Shown piece by piece: positions 20,629-29,040 of a DNA stretch of 64,000 bases. The notes below the pieces were generated by a model, which was given only the letters and a program-made list of their open reading frames with translations, did no database searches and was not told where the DNA came from. The stretch covers positions 128,001 to 192,000 of the forward strand of contig JBNKHE010000007.1 of assembly GCA_050290185.1 (NCBI GenBank), read 5' to 3'. How positions within the stretch are numbered: position 1 is the first letter of the stretch; every line of letters begins with the position of its first letter. This stretch comes from Pontiella sp. Lineage in GTDB: Bacteria > Verrucomicrobiota > Kiritimatiellia > Kiritimatiellales > Pontiellaceae. Position numbers and translations under genes: made by a program.

Positions 20629-21918
20629 TCAAGGCATGCGGCTGCCCATCAGGCCGCTTTCCGTTACCTTCATCGGCTTCGCTGAAACCACCTGCCCCCG
20701 CAGGAACTCCTGCATGGGGAGTTCCACGGGAATGTAGTGCTCGGAATATCCGGTCGCGGTTCCTTCCTTGCACTGTTCAATCAGCACATCGATCTTTTTG
20801 CCAATGAATTGACGGTGATAGTCGTGCGCCAGCGATTCGCCGAGGGCATGCAACCGTTCACTGCGTTCGGTGGCGACGGCACCATTGATCTGCCGGGGCA
20901 TCCTGGCAGCCATGGTCTTGGGGCGGGGGGAATAGGTAAAGATGTGCATCTGGGAAAAGCCGACTTTTTTACAGAAATCGTAGCTTTCTTCGAAATAGGT
21001 TTCGGTCTCGCCGGGGAATCCTACGATGACGTCAGTGGTGAAGGCTGGATTGTCGAGGGCGGCACGGGCGCGTTCAACCGCGTTGTAATACTCCTCCGAG
21101 GTATAACCGCGGCGCATGGCATGCAGCACGGCGTCGGAGCCCGACTGCAGGGAGAGATGCAGGTGCGGCATGATGCTGGGCGACGAGCTCCAAACTGCCA
21201 GCAGTTCATCGGTCAGTTCAGCGGGATGGAGGCTGGAAAGCCGGATTCTTCCGATATTGGGAATCCCTGCGAGGTGCCGGAGAAGCTCTGCCAGCGACGA
21301 CCCGGATTCACGTCCGTAAAGACCGACGCTTACTCCGGTGACGACGATTTCCCTGTAGCCGGCTTCGGTCAGTACGGTAGCTTCGCGAACGGCATCTTCG
21401 ATGGTTTTATCGCGCGGCTCCTTGCGGAGTTGGGGGATGATACAAAAGGAGCAACCGATATCGCAGCCATCCTGCACCTTCAGAAAGGCGCGGGTGTGGC
21501 CGACGAAACGGGAAATGGTGAAGGTGTCGGTAGTGATGCCGGCGGTGGATATCGTGTTGGGCATTGCCAGCGAATCGAGCTGTTCGGCAAGGCGTTGGAG
21601 CCAGTCTGATCCTGCAGGAATGCGGAAGACGGGGTCCTGGTCAACCTGGGTCAGCTCGTCGTTGGCGGCGCATCCGGTTACGATGATATGGGCGAGGGGA
21701 TTGTCGCGCTGCATCCGTCGGATGGTCTGGCGCGATTTCTGGGCGGCTGCCGCCGTAACGCCGCAGGTGTGCACCACAATCAGGTCGGCATCGTCGGAAT
21801 GCGACGTTTTTTCGAGGCCGTAGCGCTCTAGAAGCTGTTCGATCTGCTGGGCATCGTACTGGTTGACTTTGCAACCCAGGACGTTCACTAAATAGGTATG
21901 AAGCTTGTTACTAGCCAT
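20629..21918 (-). CDS. mtaB: tRNA methylthiotransferase MtaB (radical SAM)
   Basis: LGCKVNQYD, KVQDGCDIGCSFC, TDVIVGFPGET, HIFTYSPR; TRAM-like C-terminus. Confidence 0.9.
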   Translation of the reverse strand: MASNKLHTYLVNVLGCKVNQYDAQQIEQLLERYGLEKTSHSDDADLIVVHTCGVTAAAAQKSRQTIRRMQRDNPLAHIIVTGCAANDELTQVDQDPVFRIPAGSDWLQRLAEQLDSLAMPNTISTAGITTDTFTISRFVGHTRAFLKVQDGCDIGCSFCIIPQLRKEPRDKTIEDAVREATVLTEAGYREIVVTGVSVGLYGRESGSSLAELLRHLAGIPNIGRIRLSSLHPAELTDELLAVWSSSPSIMPHLHLSLQSGSDAVLHAMRRGYTSEEYYNAVERARAALDNPAFTTDVIVGFPGETETYFEESYDFCKKVGFSQMHIFTYSPRPKTMAARMPRQINGAVATERSERLHALGESLAHDYHRQFIGKKIDVLIEQCKEGTATGYSEHYIPVELPMQEFLRGQVVSAKPMKVTESGLMGSRMP

Positions 21919-22117
21919 TGCTGTTGAGGTGTTTGGTTTAAAAGGGGGCTTGTCTTACGCGTTCGGACTTCACGAGGCAAGCGTAAATAAATTGCGAAAC
22001 GATTGTGGGTCATTTAAACATGATTGATTCATGCGTTAAATCCAAACTGGACGAAATAACCCGGTTTGTGAAAACATGGGCATATTGTTCCGCCTGAAAA
22101 TTTTAAGAGGAGATCCA

Positions 22118-22693
22118 ATGAAACAGGAAGATGTATTAAAGTTATTTGAGGAGACAGGCGCTTTGCTGAATGGCCATTTCGAACTTCGTTCGGGCCTGCA
22201 CAGCAATCGCTTTTTCCAGTGCGCGCTGGTATTGCAGTATCCACGTATTGCCGGCGAGCTTTGCGTGGCACTGGTGGAGAAAATGAAACAGGAACTGCAG
22301 GATCTTGAGGTCGATACGGTTATCGCGCCGGCGATGGGCGGCATTACGATCGGTCACGATGTTGCACGGGCGCTTGGCGTCCGCTTCATATTTGTTGAGA
22401 AAGAAGACAACGAGCTCAAGCTGCGGCGCTTCAAGATTCGTGACGGAGAGCGTTTTGTGGTGGCCGAAGATGTCGTGACCCGCGGAGGTCGCGTGCAGGA
22501 AACCATCGATATCGTTAAGGAAAACGGAGGTGTGGTGAAGGCCATCGGGATCCTGGTGAACCGCAGTGGCGGGAAAGCCGGTTTTGAGGCCCCGTTGGTG
22601 AGCCTGCTGGATATCGAGCCGGTCACGTACGATCCCTCCGATTGCCCGCTGTGCCGCGATGGGCTGGAACTGGTGCATCCGGGCAGTAAATAG
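22118..22693 (+). CDS. pyrE: Orotate phosphoribosyltransferase
   Basis: GHFELRSGLHS, EDVVTRGG PRPP motif, C-terminal CPLC...PGSK. Confidence 0.93.
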   Translation: MKQEDVLKLFEETGALLNGHFELRSGLHSNRFFQCALVLQYPRIAGELCVALVEKMKQELQDLEVDTVIAPAMGGITIGHDVARALGVRFIFVEKEDNELKLRRFKIRDGERFVVAEDVVTRGGRVQETIDIVKENGGVVKAIGILVNRSGGKAGFEAPLVSLLDIEPVTYDPSDCPLCRDGLELVHPGSK

Positions 22694-22845
22694 CAAGCAT
22701 GCAGTTCCGTGTTGAGGAGGGAGTTTCGCGTATGGCGGAGCCTACCTGAAGGCGGAACTACAAACCTGTTCAATCGCTTTGACTTGTCGGATAAAAGCCG
22801 GTAAGTTGCGAGGCTTGTTTTTTAGAAAATCTAGAGGAGGTTGCC

Positions 22846-23556
22846 GTGTCGCATCCGTTGGAACCGATTGTCGCTTTGCAGAAGAAAGATCGTAGACTTA
22901 TTAAAATCATGCGGGAAATCCGCGACATCCCCCAGCGCAAGAATGACATCGAAGCGCAGCTGAGCGGGTCCAAGCAAAAGCTGGATATGGCGTTGGACAG
23001 CAAGAAACACACCGAGGCCGTACTTCGGGACGTCGAACTGGAGATCGAGTCCTGCAAGGAAAAGGTCACCAAGTACAAGAACCAGCAGATGGAGGCCAAG
23101 ACCAACGACCAGTACCGTGCTTTCGTCAAAGAGATCGGAGTGGTCGAGGCCGAAATCAATCAGCTAGAGGACAAGGAACTCAAGCTGATGGAGGATCTCG
23201 AGCAGGGCAAGAAGATTGTGGCCGACTGCGAAGAGCGGCTGAATACGGAAAAGGCCGGGATTGCCGATGAACTTGGTGAGCTGGATGACCGCACCAAAGA
23301 TCTGATGGAACGGCTGGAATCGCTCAAGGCGGATCGCGCCAAAGCCGCGGCACTCTGCGACAAGGCTCTGCTCCAGAAGTACACGCGCATTATGAACAAC
23401 AAGCGCGATTTTGCGGTGGTCATGGTGGAATCCGGTGTTCATTGCGGTGGATGCCACATGAAACTTCCGCCTCAGGTGATCCACGATGCGCGCAATCCGA
23501 CCAAGATTGTGGGTTGCAACTTCTGCGGGCGCATCGTCTACAATCCCGCATCGTAG
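22846..23556 (+). CDS. Coiled-coil protein with C4-type zinc ribbon (DUF164-like)
   Basis: Long coiled coil, CGGCHMKLPPQ...CNFCGRI. Confidence 0.85.
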   Translation: MSHPLEPIVALQKKDRRLIKIMREIRDIPQRKNDIEAQLSGSKQKLDMALDSKKHTEAVLRDVELEIESCKEKVTKYKNQQMEAKTNDQYRAFVKEIGVVEAEINQLEDKELKLMEDLEQGKKIVADCEERLNTEKAGIADELGELDDRTKDLMERLESLKADRAKAAALCDKALLQKYTRIMNNKRDFAVVMVESGVHCGGCHMKLPPQVIHDARNPTKIVGCNFCGRIVYNPAS

Positions 23557-23633
23557 ATGCGGGTTGTTTTAAGTATTCGGTGTTCAGTCCCCGTGGGGAG
23601 ATTAAGCTTAACACCTAAAACCTAACAATTTTT

Positions 23634-23982
23634 AGCAGTCAGGGTGTATCGGTCGCTCTTCGCCACGGTGGAGGGAGGAAAGTCCGGACTCCAAAGGGCA
23701 GGACGTTCCGTGGTTAACGCGGGAACCTCTGTGCGATATCGCAGGGGATGGAAAGTGCCACAGAAATTATACCGCCCCGGCTTGCCGGGGTAAGGGTGAA
23801 ATGGTGGGGTAAGAGCCCACCGCCCCGAGGGCAACCGAGGGGGCAGGGTAAACCCCGTCCGGAGCAAGTTCAAATAGGCGGCGATGATGCGGCCCGCATC
23901 GCCAATAGTCGCGGGTTGAACGCATTAGATAAATGACCGACCCCGCAAGGGGAACAGAATCCGGCTTACCGCCCTGTCTGCT
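23634..23982 (+). ncRNA. rnpB: RNase P RNA, bacterial type A; 3' half (from ~23807) apparently phage-supplied
   Basis: GAGGAAAGTCCGGAC, AGTGCCACAGAA, GGGTGAAA, GGTAAGAG, GGTAAACCCC, GGAGCAAG, AGATAAATG, AACAGAATCCGGCTTA; terminal P1 helix. Confidence 0.97.
23807..23826 (+). repeat. attL core: GGGTAAGAGCCCACCGCCCC
   Basis: 20-bp exact match to 61608-61627; identity with the right end begins here. Confidence 0.85.
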
Positions 23983-23999
23983 TTTTCTATTTTCAAAGT

Positions 24000-24047
24000 A
24001 TAAACGCAACATAAACGCCTTGCGTCGATTGAATATATCAAATATAC
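24000..24047 (+). promoter_or_regulatory. Putative integrase arm-type sites (ATAAACG x2, ATTGAATATA)
   Basis: The same motifs, with the same 11-bp ATAAACG spacing, recur at 61520-61555. Confidence 0.55.
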
Positions 24048-24056
24048 AAAATCGGC

Positions 24057-25130
24057 ATGGCGCTGTTTAAGCAAAAGACCTCTGAAAACTGGTGGATTTC
24101 TGTCTATCGCAAGGGACAGCCGCGCAAGTATGTTCCCACGGGTACGCCGGATCGGGAAAAGGCGGAGGCGATTGAAAAGCTGGTGTTGTCATCGTATCGC
24201 GGCAATCTGGAGCGGGATCGGTTGATTGCGGCGCTCGATTCGCTGATGGGCTGGGATGCGGTTGATGGATTGCCGATTTCGGAACTGTGGTCGACGTATT
24301 TGAAGACGAAGCCCAGGGCGGGTGAGCATACGATCAACCAGCGCCGGCTTATCTGCGAGAAGCTTGTGGCCTACCTTGCGGATCATCATCCGGCTACCCT
24401 GATGCTGAACGAGGTAACCCCGCAGCATGCGCAGGCTTTTTCGGATTGGGTGTTGAATGAAAAGGGCGGGGCCGGAAAGACGCACAACAACCGCATGAGC
24501 AACATAGCCACGGTATTCGGTGCCATTGTGGTGCGGGCAAATCTTCGGAACAATCCTTTCGGGTTTCTCGAAAAGCTGGACGAATCGGACAGCCGGTCGG
24601 GCCGTCCGTTCTCGGCGGATGAACAACGCCGGATCTTCGAGCGGTGCGCGGTGGTAGGTAATGACTGGCTGGCGATCTGCACGCTTGCCAAATATTCCGG
24701 CCTTCGTTTGATCGACATGGCCTTTCTTGCATGGGATCAGGTGGAGGATGATGTGATCGATCTGACCCCATCAAAAACAAAGCGCCACGGAATAAAGGTG
24801 CGGATCCCGCTGCATCCAAACGTGCGCAAGGAACTTCGCCTGCTGGGCCGCAAGGGGGATTATGTTTTTCCGGTGCTGGCCGAGCGGTACAGCACAACGT
24901 CTCCGAAGTCGCAGTTCATGGAAGAGATCATCCGTCCGCTGGGGATCGATATGGATGGCGCGAAGGTTAGTTTCCATTGTTGGCGCCACACATTCAGAAC
25001 GATGCTTGCGGCGGCCAAAGTTCCCCAAGAGGTTGCGATGAAGCTGGGCGGCTGGACCAACCAAAGCACGGCGGAAGTCTACAACCACGACTTTACCCAG
25101 CTTGAAGCGGCCATTGGCGGGTTGGAATAG
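24057..25130 (+). CDS. int: Tyrosine recombinase / phage integrase
   Basis: N-terminal arm-binding-like domain; catalytic R (SGLR), K (KTK), HxxR (HCWRH), W (LGGW), Y (EVY); adjacent to attL. Confidence 0.93.
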   Translation: MALFKQKTSENWWISVYRKGQPRKYVPTGTPDREKAEAIEKLVLSSYRGNLERDRLIAALDSLMGWDAVDGLPISELWSTYLKTKPRAGEHTINQRRLICEKLVAYLADHHPATLMLNEVTPQHAQAFSDWVLNEKGGAGKTHNNRMSNIATVFGAIVVRANLRNNPFGFLEKLDESDSRSGRPFSADEQRRIFERCAVVGNDWLAICTLAKYSGLRLIDMAFLAWDQVEDDVIDLTPSKTKRHGIKVRIPLHPNVRKELRLLGRKGDYVFPVLAERYSTTSPKSQFMEEIIRPLGIDMDGAKVSFHCWRHTFRTMLAAAKVPQEVAMKLGGWTNQSTAEVYNHDFTQLEAAIGGLE

Positions 25131-25139
25131 GAAACTCGT

Positions 25140-25535
25140 TTAAGATCCTCTGCGGATTGATTCCAGGTAGCCGAAAACATTATCTATCGGTTCACCTGAG
25201 TCGACTTCGACGGCTTTTGCTATCCGATCTATTCTGAATGTTCGGACATCCATCCGGAGCATGCAGAATGCGCGGAGTAGGTTGGAGTTTGGATAGAAAG
25301 CAATGGTGTTGATTTCGCGGGATGTTTTTTCGCCATAGACGTCGGTGTAGTTGATCTGGATGTTTCGCTTTTTTACCTGGACCGGCGCTTCACGAATTTT
25401 TGATTCAGATTTTTTCTTTTCAAGCCGGTCCCTGATTCTGCTTTTTAGATTACGGAAAAACAGGATGGTTGAGACCAGTCCGATCAGCGCGAATAGAAGG
25501 ATGATCCCTATCAGGATATTGATGAAAATGTCCAT
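25140..25535 (-). CDS. Membrane-anchored WYL-domain protein
   Basis: ATG overlaps the upstream stop (TAATG) and has SD GGAG; N-terminal TM helix; INYTDVYGEKTSR...LRAFCMLRMDVRTFRIDRI. Confidence 0.75.
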   Translation of the reverse strand: MDIFINILIGIILLFALIGLVSTILFFRNLKSRIRDRLEKKKSESKIREAPVQVKKRNIQINYTDVYGEKTSREINTIAFYPNSNLLRAFCMLRMDVRTFRIDRIAKAVEVDSGEPIDNVFGYLESIRRGS

Positions 25536-26278
25536 TAATACTCCGTCCATGATGTGACTTTTCCGTTCAGCGTGTGGATAAATCGCATGGTATTGCTGAC
25601 GTGGCTGCCAGTGACGTAGACGGATCCGTAACTGTACTGCTTGGTAACACCCATGGAAGAAGTGTGCTCGGTGCAGTCTTTGGGTTTTCCCCATGTTGCA
25701 TAGATTCCAAGTTCCGGCATTCCGACTGCCAGCTTTCCACTCAACAAGGCATCCGAGTATTTTTCCGGAATACCTTTTTCTTGAAGTGCGACAACATACA
25801 TAACCTTTGTGCGTTCAATATCCGGCGTTGCCCCACCGGGCAATACTTTAAATTCGAGCGGGACGTGGCGGTACTGTGGGTGATTAAGCCAAAACAAATC
25901 TTCCGCCAGGTCATACGCATCGGATGTGCTAATCCATTCATTTAGCATTTTTTCCGGCATATTGGCGGCGGCAATGTTCTTAGAACCAAGTGCTTGAATT
26001 TCGGTTTTGCTGTAACCCTTTAACTCCAGCGCTTTTTGAAGGTGGTCTATAAAGCGCGGATCAACCTTGTTTATTTTGGTGATGCGCGGATAGCCGTAGA
26101 CCGTGTAGGTGATGCCGCTGATTCCGTTTTTCAGGTGGTAGTAATCCGATGCGATTTTCCACCCGGGATTATGTTCAACCCAGCCGAAGTTATTGGCCTG
26201 CGATTCGTCGAAACCGATATTCGTTGCGCATCCGGTGAGCAGGATGGCGGTTGCGAGTGCTGCAATGACTTTCTTCAT
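25535..26278 (-). CDS. Lipoprotein (C-terminal BamE/BLIP-like motif)
   Basis: MKKVIAALATAILLTGC lipobox; VGMP...WGKP...NGKVTSW. Confidence 0.7.
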   Translation of the reverse strand: MKKVIAALATAILLTGCATNIGFDESQANNFGWVEHNPGWKIASDYYHLKNGISGITYTVYGYPRITKINKVDPRFIDHLQKALELKGYSKTEIQALGSKNIAAANMPEKMLNEWISTSDAYDLAEDLFWLNHPQYRHVPLEFKVLPGGATPDIERTKVMYVVALQEKGIPEKYSDALLSGKLAVGMPELGIYATWGKPKDCTEHTSSMGVTKQYSYGSVYVTGSHVSNTMRFIHTLNGKVTSWTEY

Positions 26279-26300
26279 GTTGTTCCCCTGATTCTGATTT

Positions 26301-26696
26301 CTATTGATCGGCCACGAAGCCGAATTGCTCCAGTAGCTGAATGGCGAGCTTCTGCTGGGACGCGGTTGCCTTGGTGCGCAGGAAAATCGCGGCACGTTCA
26401 TAAACATCCATGTAAGAAGCAGATTCTTCAGCAAGCCCTTTCATTCCGTTATTCGGAGCTATACTGTAACTGATTTGCAAAAGCTCCAGCAAAGAAATTC
26501 CTGCCAGTTCGGCAATCCTCTCGGCGTTTTCATCATCAATATCCTTCGCGGTGCCTGAGATCCACCGGCTAACGGTGGCATGCGAAACCCCTACAGCTTT
26601 GCCAAAGGTCCGGTGATTAAATTGCCTACCTGCTGAATCGGTGCGTGTGCGTACCATGTTGCCGATAAACTTCTGAAGTGCTGGTGTATTTTTCAT
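26301..26696 (-). CDS. CI-like XRE-family repressor
   Basis: HTH FGKAVGVSHATVSRWISG; divergent from the early lytic operon; no peptidase domain seen. Confidence 0.8.
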   Translation of the reverse strand: MKNTPALQKFIGNMVRTRTDSAGRQFNHRTFGKAVGVSHATVSRWISGTAKDIDDENAERIAELAGISLLELLQISYSIAPNNGMKGLAEESASYMDVYERAAIFLRTKATASQQKLAIQLLEQFGFVADQ

Positions 26697-26784
26697 AATC
26701 TCTCCCGGTTGGTGGCTACGCTTATACCTAATAAAAACAGGGGCTCAATGACAAATGGTTAAAAAAGTTAAAATAAAAACTTGC

Positions 26785-26801
26785 GGTACGCGGTGCGTAC
26801 C
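26785..26801. promoter_or_regulatory. Putative operator palindrome GGTACGC-GGT-GCGTACC
   Basis: Perfect 7-bp inverted repeat between the divergent repressor and cro-like genes. Confidence 0.6.
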
Positions 26802-26834
26802 ACGTAAACCATAACTACCGAAAGGAAATAAATC

Positions 26835-27038
26835 ATGAGCAAAGCCGACACCAAGAAAGCGCAGATCACCAAGCCGATTCTGCTTAAAGAAAAAAACGGC
26901 GAGGTAGCAGCGGTGCACGAAGCCGCCGAGATTCTGGGCATGACATCCGGAACGCTCGCCCGCATGGCCGTACATCTCGGGATGAACACCCCAGAGATGA
27001 AGAACCTCATCGAGAAGGCGAAACACGCCCACGCATAG
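26835..27038 (+). CDS. Small Cro/Arc-like DNA-binding protein
   Basis: First gene of the rightward operon; SD AAGGA; AAEILGMTSGTLARMAV. Confidence 0.6.
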   Translation: MSKADTKKAQITKPILLKEKNGEVAAVHEAAEILGMTSGTLARMAVHLGMNTPEMKNLIEKAKHAHA

Positions 27039-27082
27039 GACTCTCAAAATGATTCTCCTGGTTAACAGCCAACAACACCCCG

Positions 27083-27149
27083 CGCGCGCCGGTCGGCAGA
27101 ATAAATCCGGTTACCCCCTTGGCCGGTTGCCGGTCGGCGCGCGTTTTTT
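27083..27149 (+). terminator. Long hairpin followed by T6 (early terminator/attenuator)
   Basis: CGCGCGCCGGTCGGCA...TGCCGGTCGGCGCGCG, a 16-bp stem with two G-U pairs, followed by TTTTTT. Confidence 0.6.
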
Positions 27150-27167
27150 CCCCAGCACGAGGAAGTC

Positions 27168-27425
27168 ATGAGCATTGAAGAAATCAAAGAGGCGGTTCGG
27201 ACGGTTATCCGCGATGAGATGGTGATGGCTACGGTGGTTCCGGATTTTGCGGGATACGCCTATTTCAAGATTCGTTTTGGGATTGCCCAGCCGACGCTGA
27301 AGAAGCTGGCGGACAACGGGCATGTGCGCCGGAAGAAGGTCGGGGAGGCGGTACAGGCGCAGGCGCTCTACAAGGTGGCTGATGTTGAGGAGTGGTTCGA
27401 GTCGGACAAAGGGGTCGAGGCGTGA
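27168..27425 (+). CDS. Excisionase-like DNA-binding protein
   Basis: FGIAQPTLKKLADNGHV...LYKVADVEEWF winged-helix pattern; SD GAGGA. Confidence 0.55.
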   Translation: MSIEEIKEAVRTVIRDEMVMATVVPDFAGYAYFKIRFGIAQPTLKKLADNGHVRRKKVGEAVQAQALYKVADVEEWFESDKGVEA

Positions 27426-27607
27426 AAAACGAGGAACTAGGCACTGGGCAAGAGGCGCTAGTGGAGTCGGCTGGGGAACGTCTTTACAACCGGATGCGGG
27501 CCGAAACGAGGGGCGGCGTTCCGTGGGCGGAACTGCGTCCGGCGGTGCGTGACGCGATCGAGAAGCACGCCGCGCTTTCCGAGCGCGAGGGAAAGGCGGC
27601 GGCATGA
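27422..27607 (+). CDS. Phage hypothetical protein
   Basis: GTGA/ATGA translational coupling to its neighbours. Confidence 0.5.
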   Translation: MKNEELGTGQEALVESAGERLYNRMRAETRGGVPWAELRPAVRDAIEKHAALSEREGKAAA

Positions 27608-27804
27608 TGAATCTTTCGGTGTGGACGAAGACCAGGTTCCTTGAGCTGCCTTTTGGCAATCGGATCCGCGTCTCGGAGATCCTGCTTGCGGCGGTGCTGG
27701 GGCTTCTGGTGGGGGTGGTTTTCTGGGCGGCGGTTTTCGGGATGGCCTTTTCGGCGGAAGAGCTTTCACCACAGAGGGCACAGAGCAACGCAGAGGGGAA
27801 TTGA
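27604..27804 (+). CDS. Phage hypothetical membrane protein
   Basis: One TM helix; coupled start. Confidence 0.5.
   Translation: MMNLSVWTKTRFLELPFGNRIRVSEILLAAVLGLLVGVVFWAAVFGMAFSAEELSPQRAQSNAEGN
27764..27795 (+). repeat. Dispersed CACAGAG repeat, copy 1
   Basis: TTTCACCACAGAGGGCACAGAG is identical to 32301-32322. Confidence 0.8.
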
Positions 27805-27918
27805 TATACCCACCAATGAGCGAGGGCAGCTGGTGCGCTGATGCCGCGCACCCCGCCCACGGGAACGGCCAACCGTGGGCGGAGTATTCAAGGGATGGTC
27901 GAAGAAAGGGAATGGGAC

Positions 27919-28101
27919 ATGGTGAACGATAAGATTCGTTGTTTGATGAGCGATCCGGAGCACTGCGACTTCGAAGAACTTCCGGATACGGGTGGGCGCC
28001 GGTGTTCGCTTGAACACGGCATGTGCCATCAACAGGAGCCGCACAGCAGAGGGAACGGTAAACCTGTTGATTACCACGCACGGAAGGCGGTGCAGCTGTG
28101 A
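27919..28101 (+). CDS. Small Cys-rich phage protein
   Basis: Four Cys; stop overlaps the next start (GTGA). Confidence 0.45.
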   Translation: MVNDKIRCLMSDPEHCDFEELPDTGGRRCSLEHGMCHQQEPHSRGNGKPVDYHARKAVQL

Positions 28102-28721
28102 TCAACGAAGCAACCATTCAGGCAAACCGCGAATACATTATTATTCGCCTCAAGGAGATCAACCGCGTAGGGATGCCGGGTCTGATTCAGGAACTTGATG
28201 ACCTTGGCTTTTTCCGTTCGCCGTGTTCCACCAAATACCACGGGGCCTACACGGGCGGTTTGGCCCAACACTCATTGGATGTGTTTGGCAAGTTCGTTGA
28301 GCTTACGAGCCTGTGCGGTGTGTTCGTGCCGGCTGATTCGGCGGTGATTGCGTGCATCCTTCACGATCTATGCAAAGCCGGTGCCTACGTTGGCAATGCC
28401 TATCCCTACACCTACCGCAAGGAACACCCCAATGGACACGCGGCGCTTTCGTTTCATCGGATTTCAAAGTTCATCGAACTGACCCCGCTCGAATCGGATT
28501 TGATCCGCTATCACATGGGTCTTTACGGCACCCACGCCCACAGCGTCCGCGGCGAGTACGGGGTCGATGAGTTCATGGCCGCACGGGAAAACCCGGCTGT
28601 AAAGCTGATGTGCTTTGCCGATGAGCTGGTGACGCTTCAGGAGAAGGCGACCGAAAAAGAGCACATCGAAAAATATGGATCCCTGCTTCCGGCGGAGATG
28701 GTTAACGGGCGGGAGGGATAG
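28098..28721 (+). CDS. HD-domain phosphohydrolase
   Basis: SPCSTKYHGAYTGGLAQHS, LHDLCK, GH, IRYHMG, FAD. Confidence 0.85.
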   Translation: MINEATIQANREYIIIRLKEINRVGMPGLIQELDDLGFFRSPCSTKYHGAYTGGLAQHSLDVFGKFVELTSLCGVFVPADSAVIACILHDLCKAGAYVGNAYPYTYRKEHPNGHAALSFHRISKFIELTPLESDLIRYHMGLYGTHAHSVRGEYGVDEFMAARENPAVKLMCFADELVTLQEKATEKEHIEKYGSLLPAEMVNGREG

Positions 28722-28723
28722 CC

Positions 28724-28849
28724 ATGAAGGGGGAAACCACGAAAAACACGAAGGACACGAAAAAAGACCCGGCTTTCGTGATCAGGTTTGTTGATACCTC
28801 CGGCGCAACCCATGACCTGTATCGCAAGATTTTCAGAAGGCAAGGCTGA
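28724..28849 (+). CDS. Small phage protein (41 aa) containing CACGAA repeats
   Basis: SD GGAGG; stop overlaps the next ATG; below the ORF-track length cutoff. Confidence 0.4.
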   Translation: MKGETTKNTKDTKKDPAFVIRFVDTSGATHDLYRKIFRRQG

Positions 28850-29040
28850 TGCCGGATCGATCGAACATGCCAAAGACGGGGCGGTGCATCGTTTGTGAAA
28901 CGGTGGGAGCGGTTGCCGGCACAAACGCCAACGGAAGGCCGCTTTGCCAAGGGTGCATCGACTACATGAACGGGGAACACCTGAAACGCACGGTTCCGAA
29001 CAAGCGCGGGTATGGGATGAAGAAAGGGGAAGCAGCATGA
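28849..29040 (+). CDS. Small zinc-finger-like phage protein
   Basis: CIVC...CQGC. Confidence 0.5.
   Translation: MPDRSNMPKTGRCIVCETVGAVAGTNANGRPLCQGCIDYMNGEHLKRTVPNKRGYGMKKGEAA

Noticed and set aside
23609..23630. Short heptamer-like repeats (TAACACC/TAAAACC/TAACAAT; also ~27431-27460)
   Set aside because: Only three or four degenerate units; cannot be distinguished from chance.
23622..24012. ORFs 23622-23873, 23748-23936, 23767-24012 (and 61501-61725)
   Set aside because: They overlap RNase P RNA sequence and are spurious translations.
23557..24056. tRNA or tmRNA as the integration target
   Set aside because: No cloverleaf or T-arm/CCA pattern was seen at either prophage end; the duplicated sequence is rnpB.
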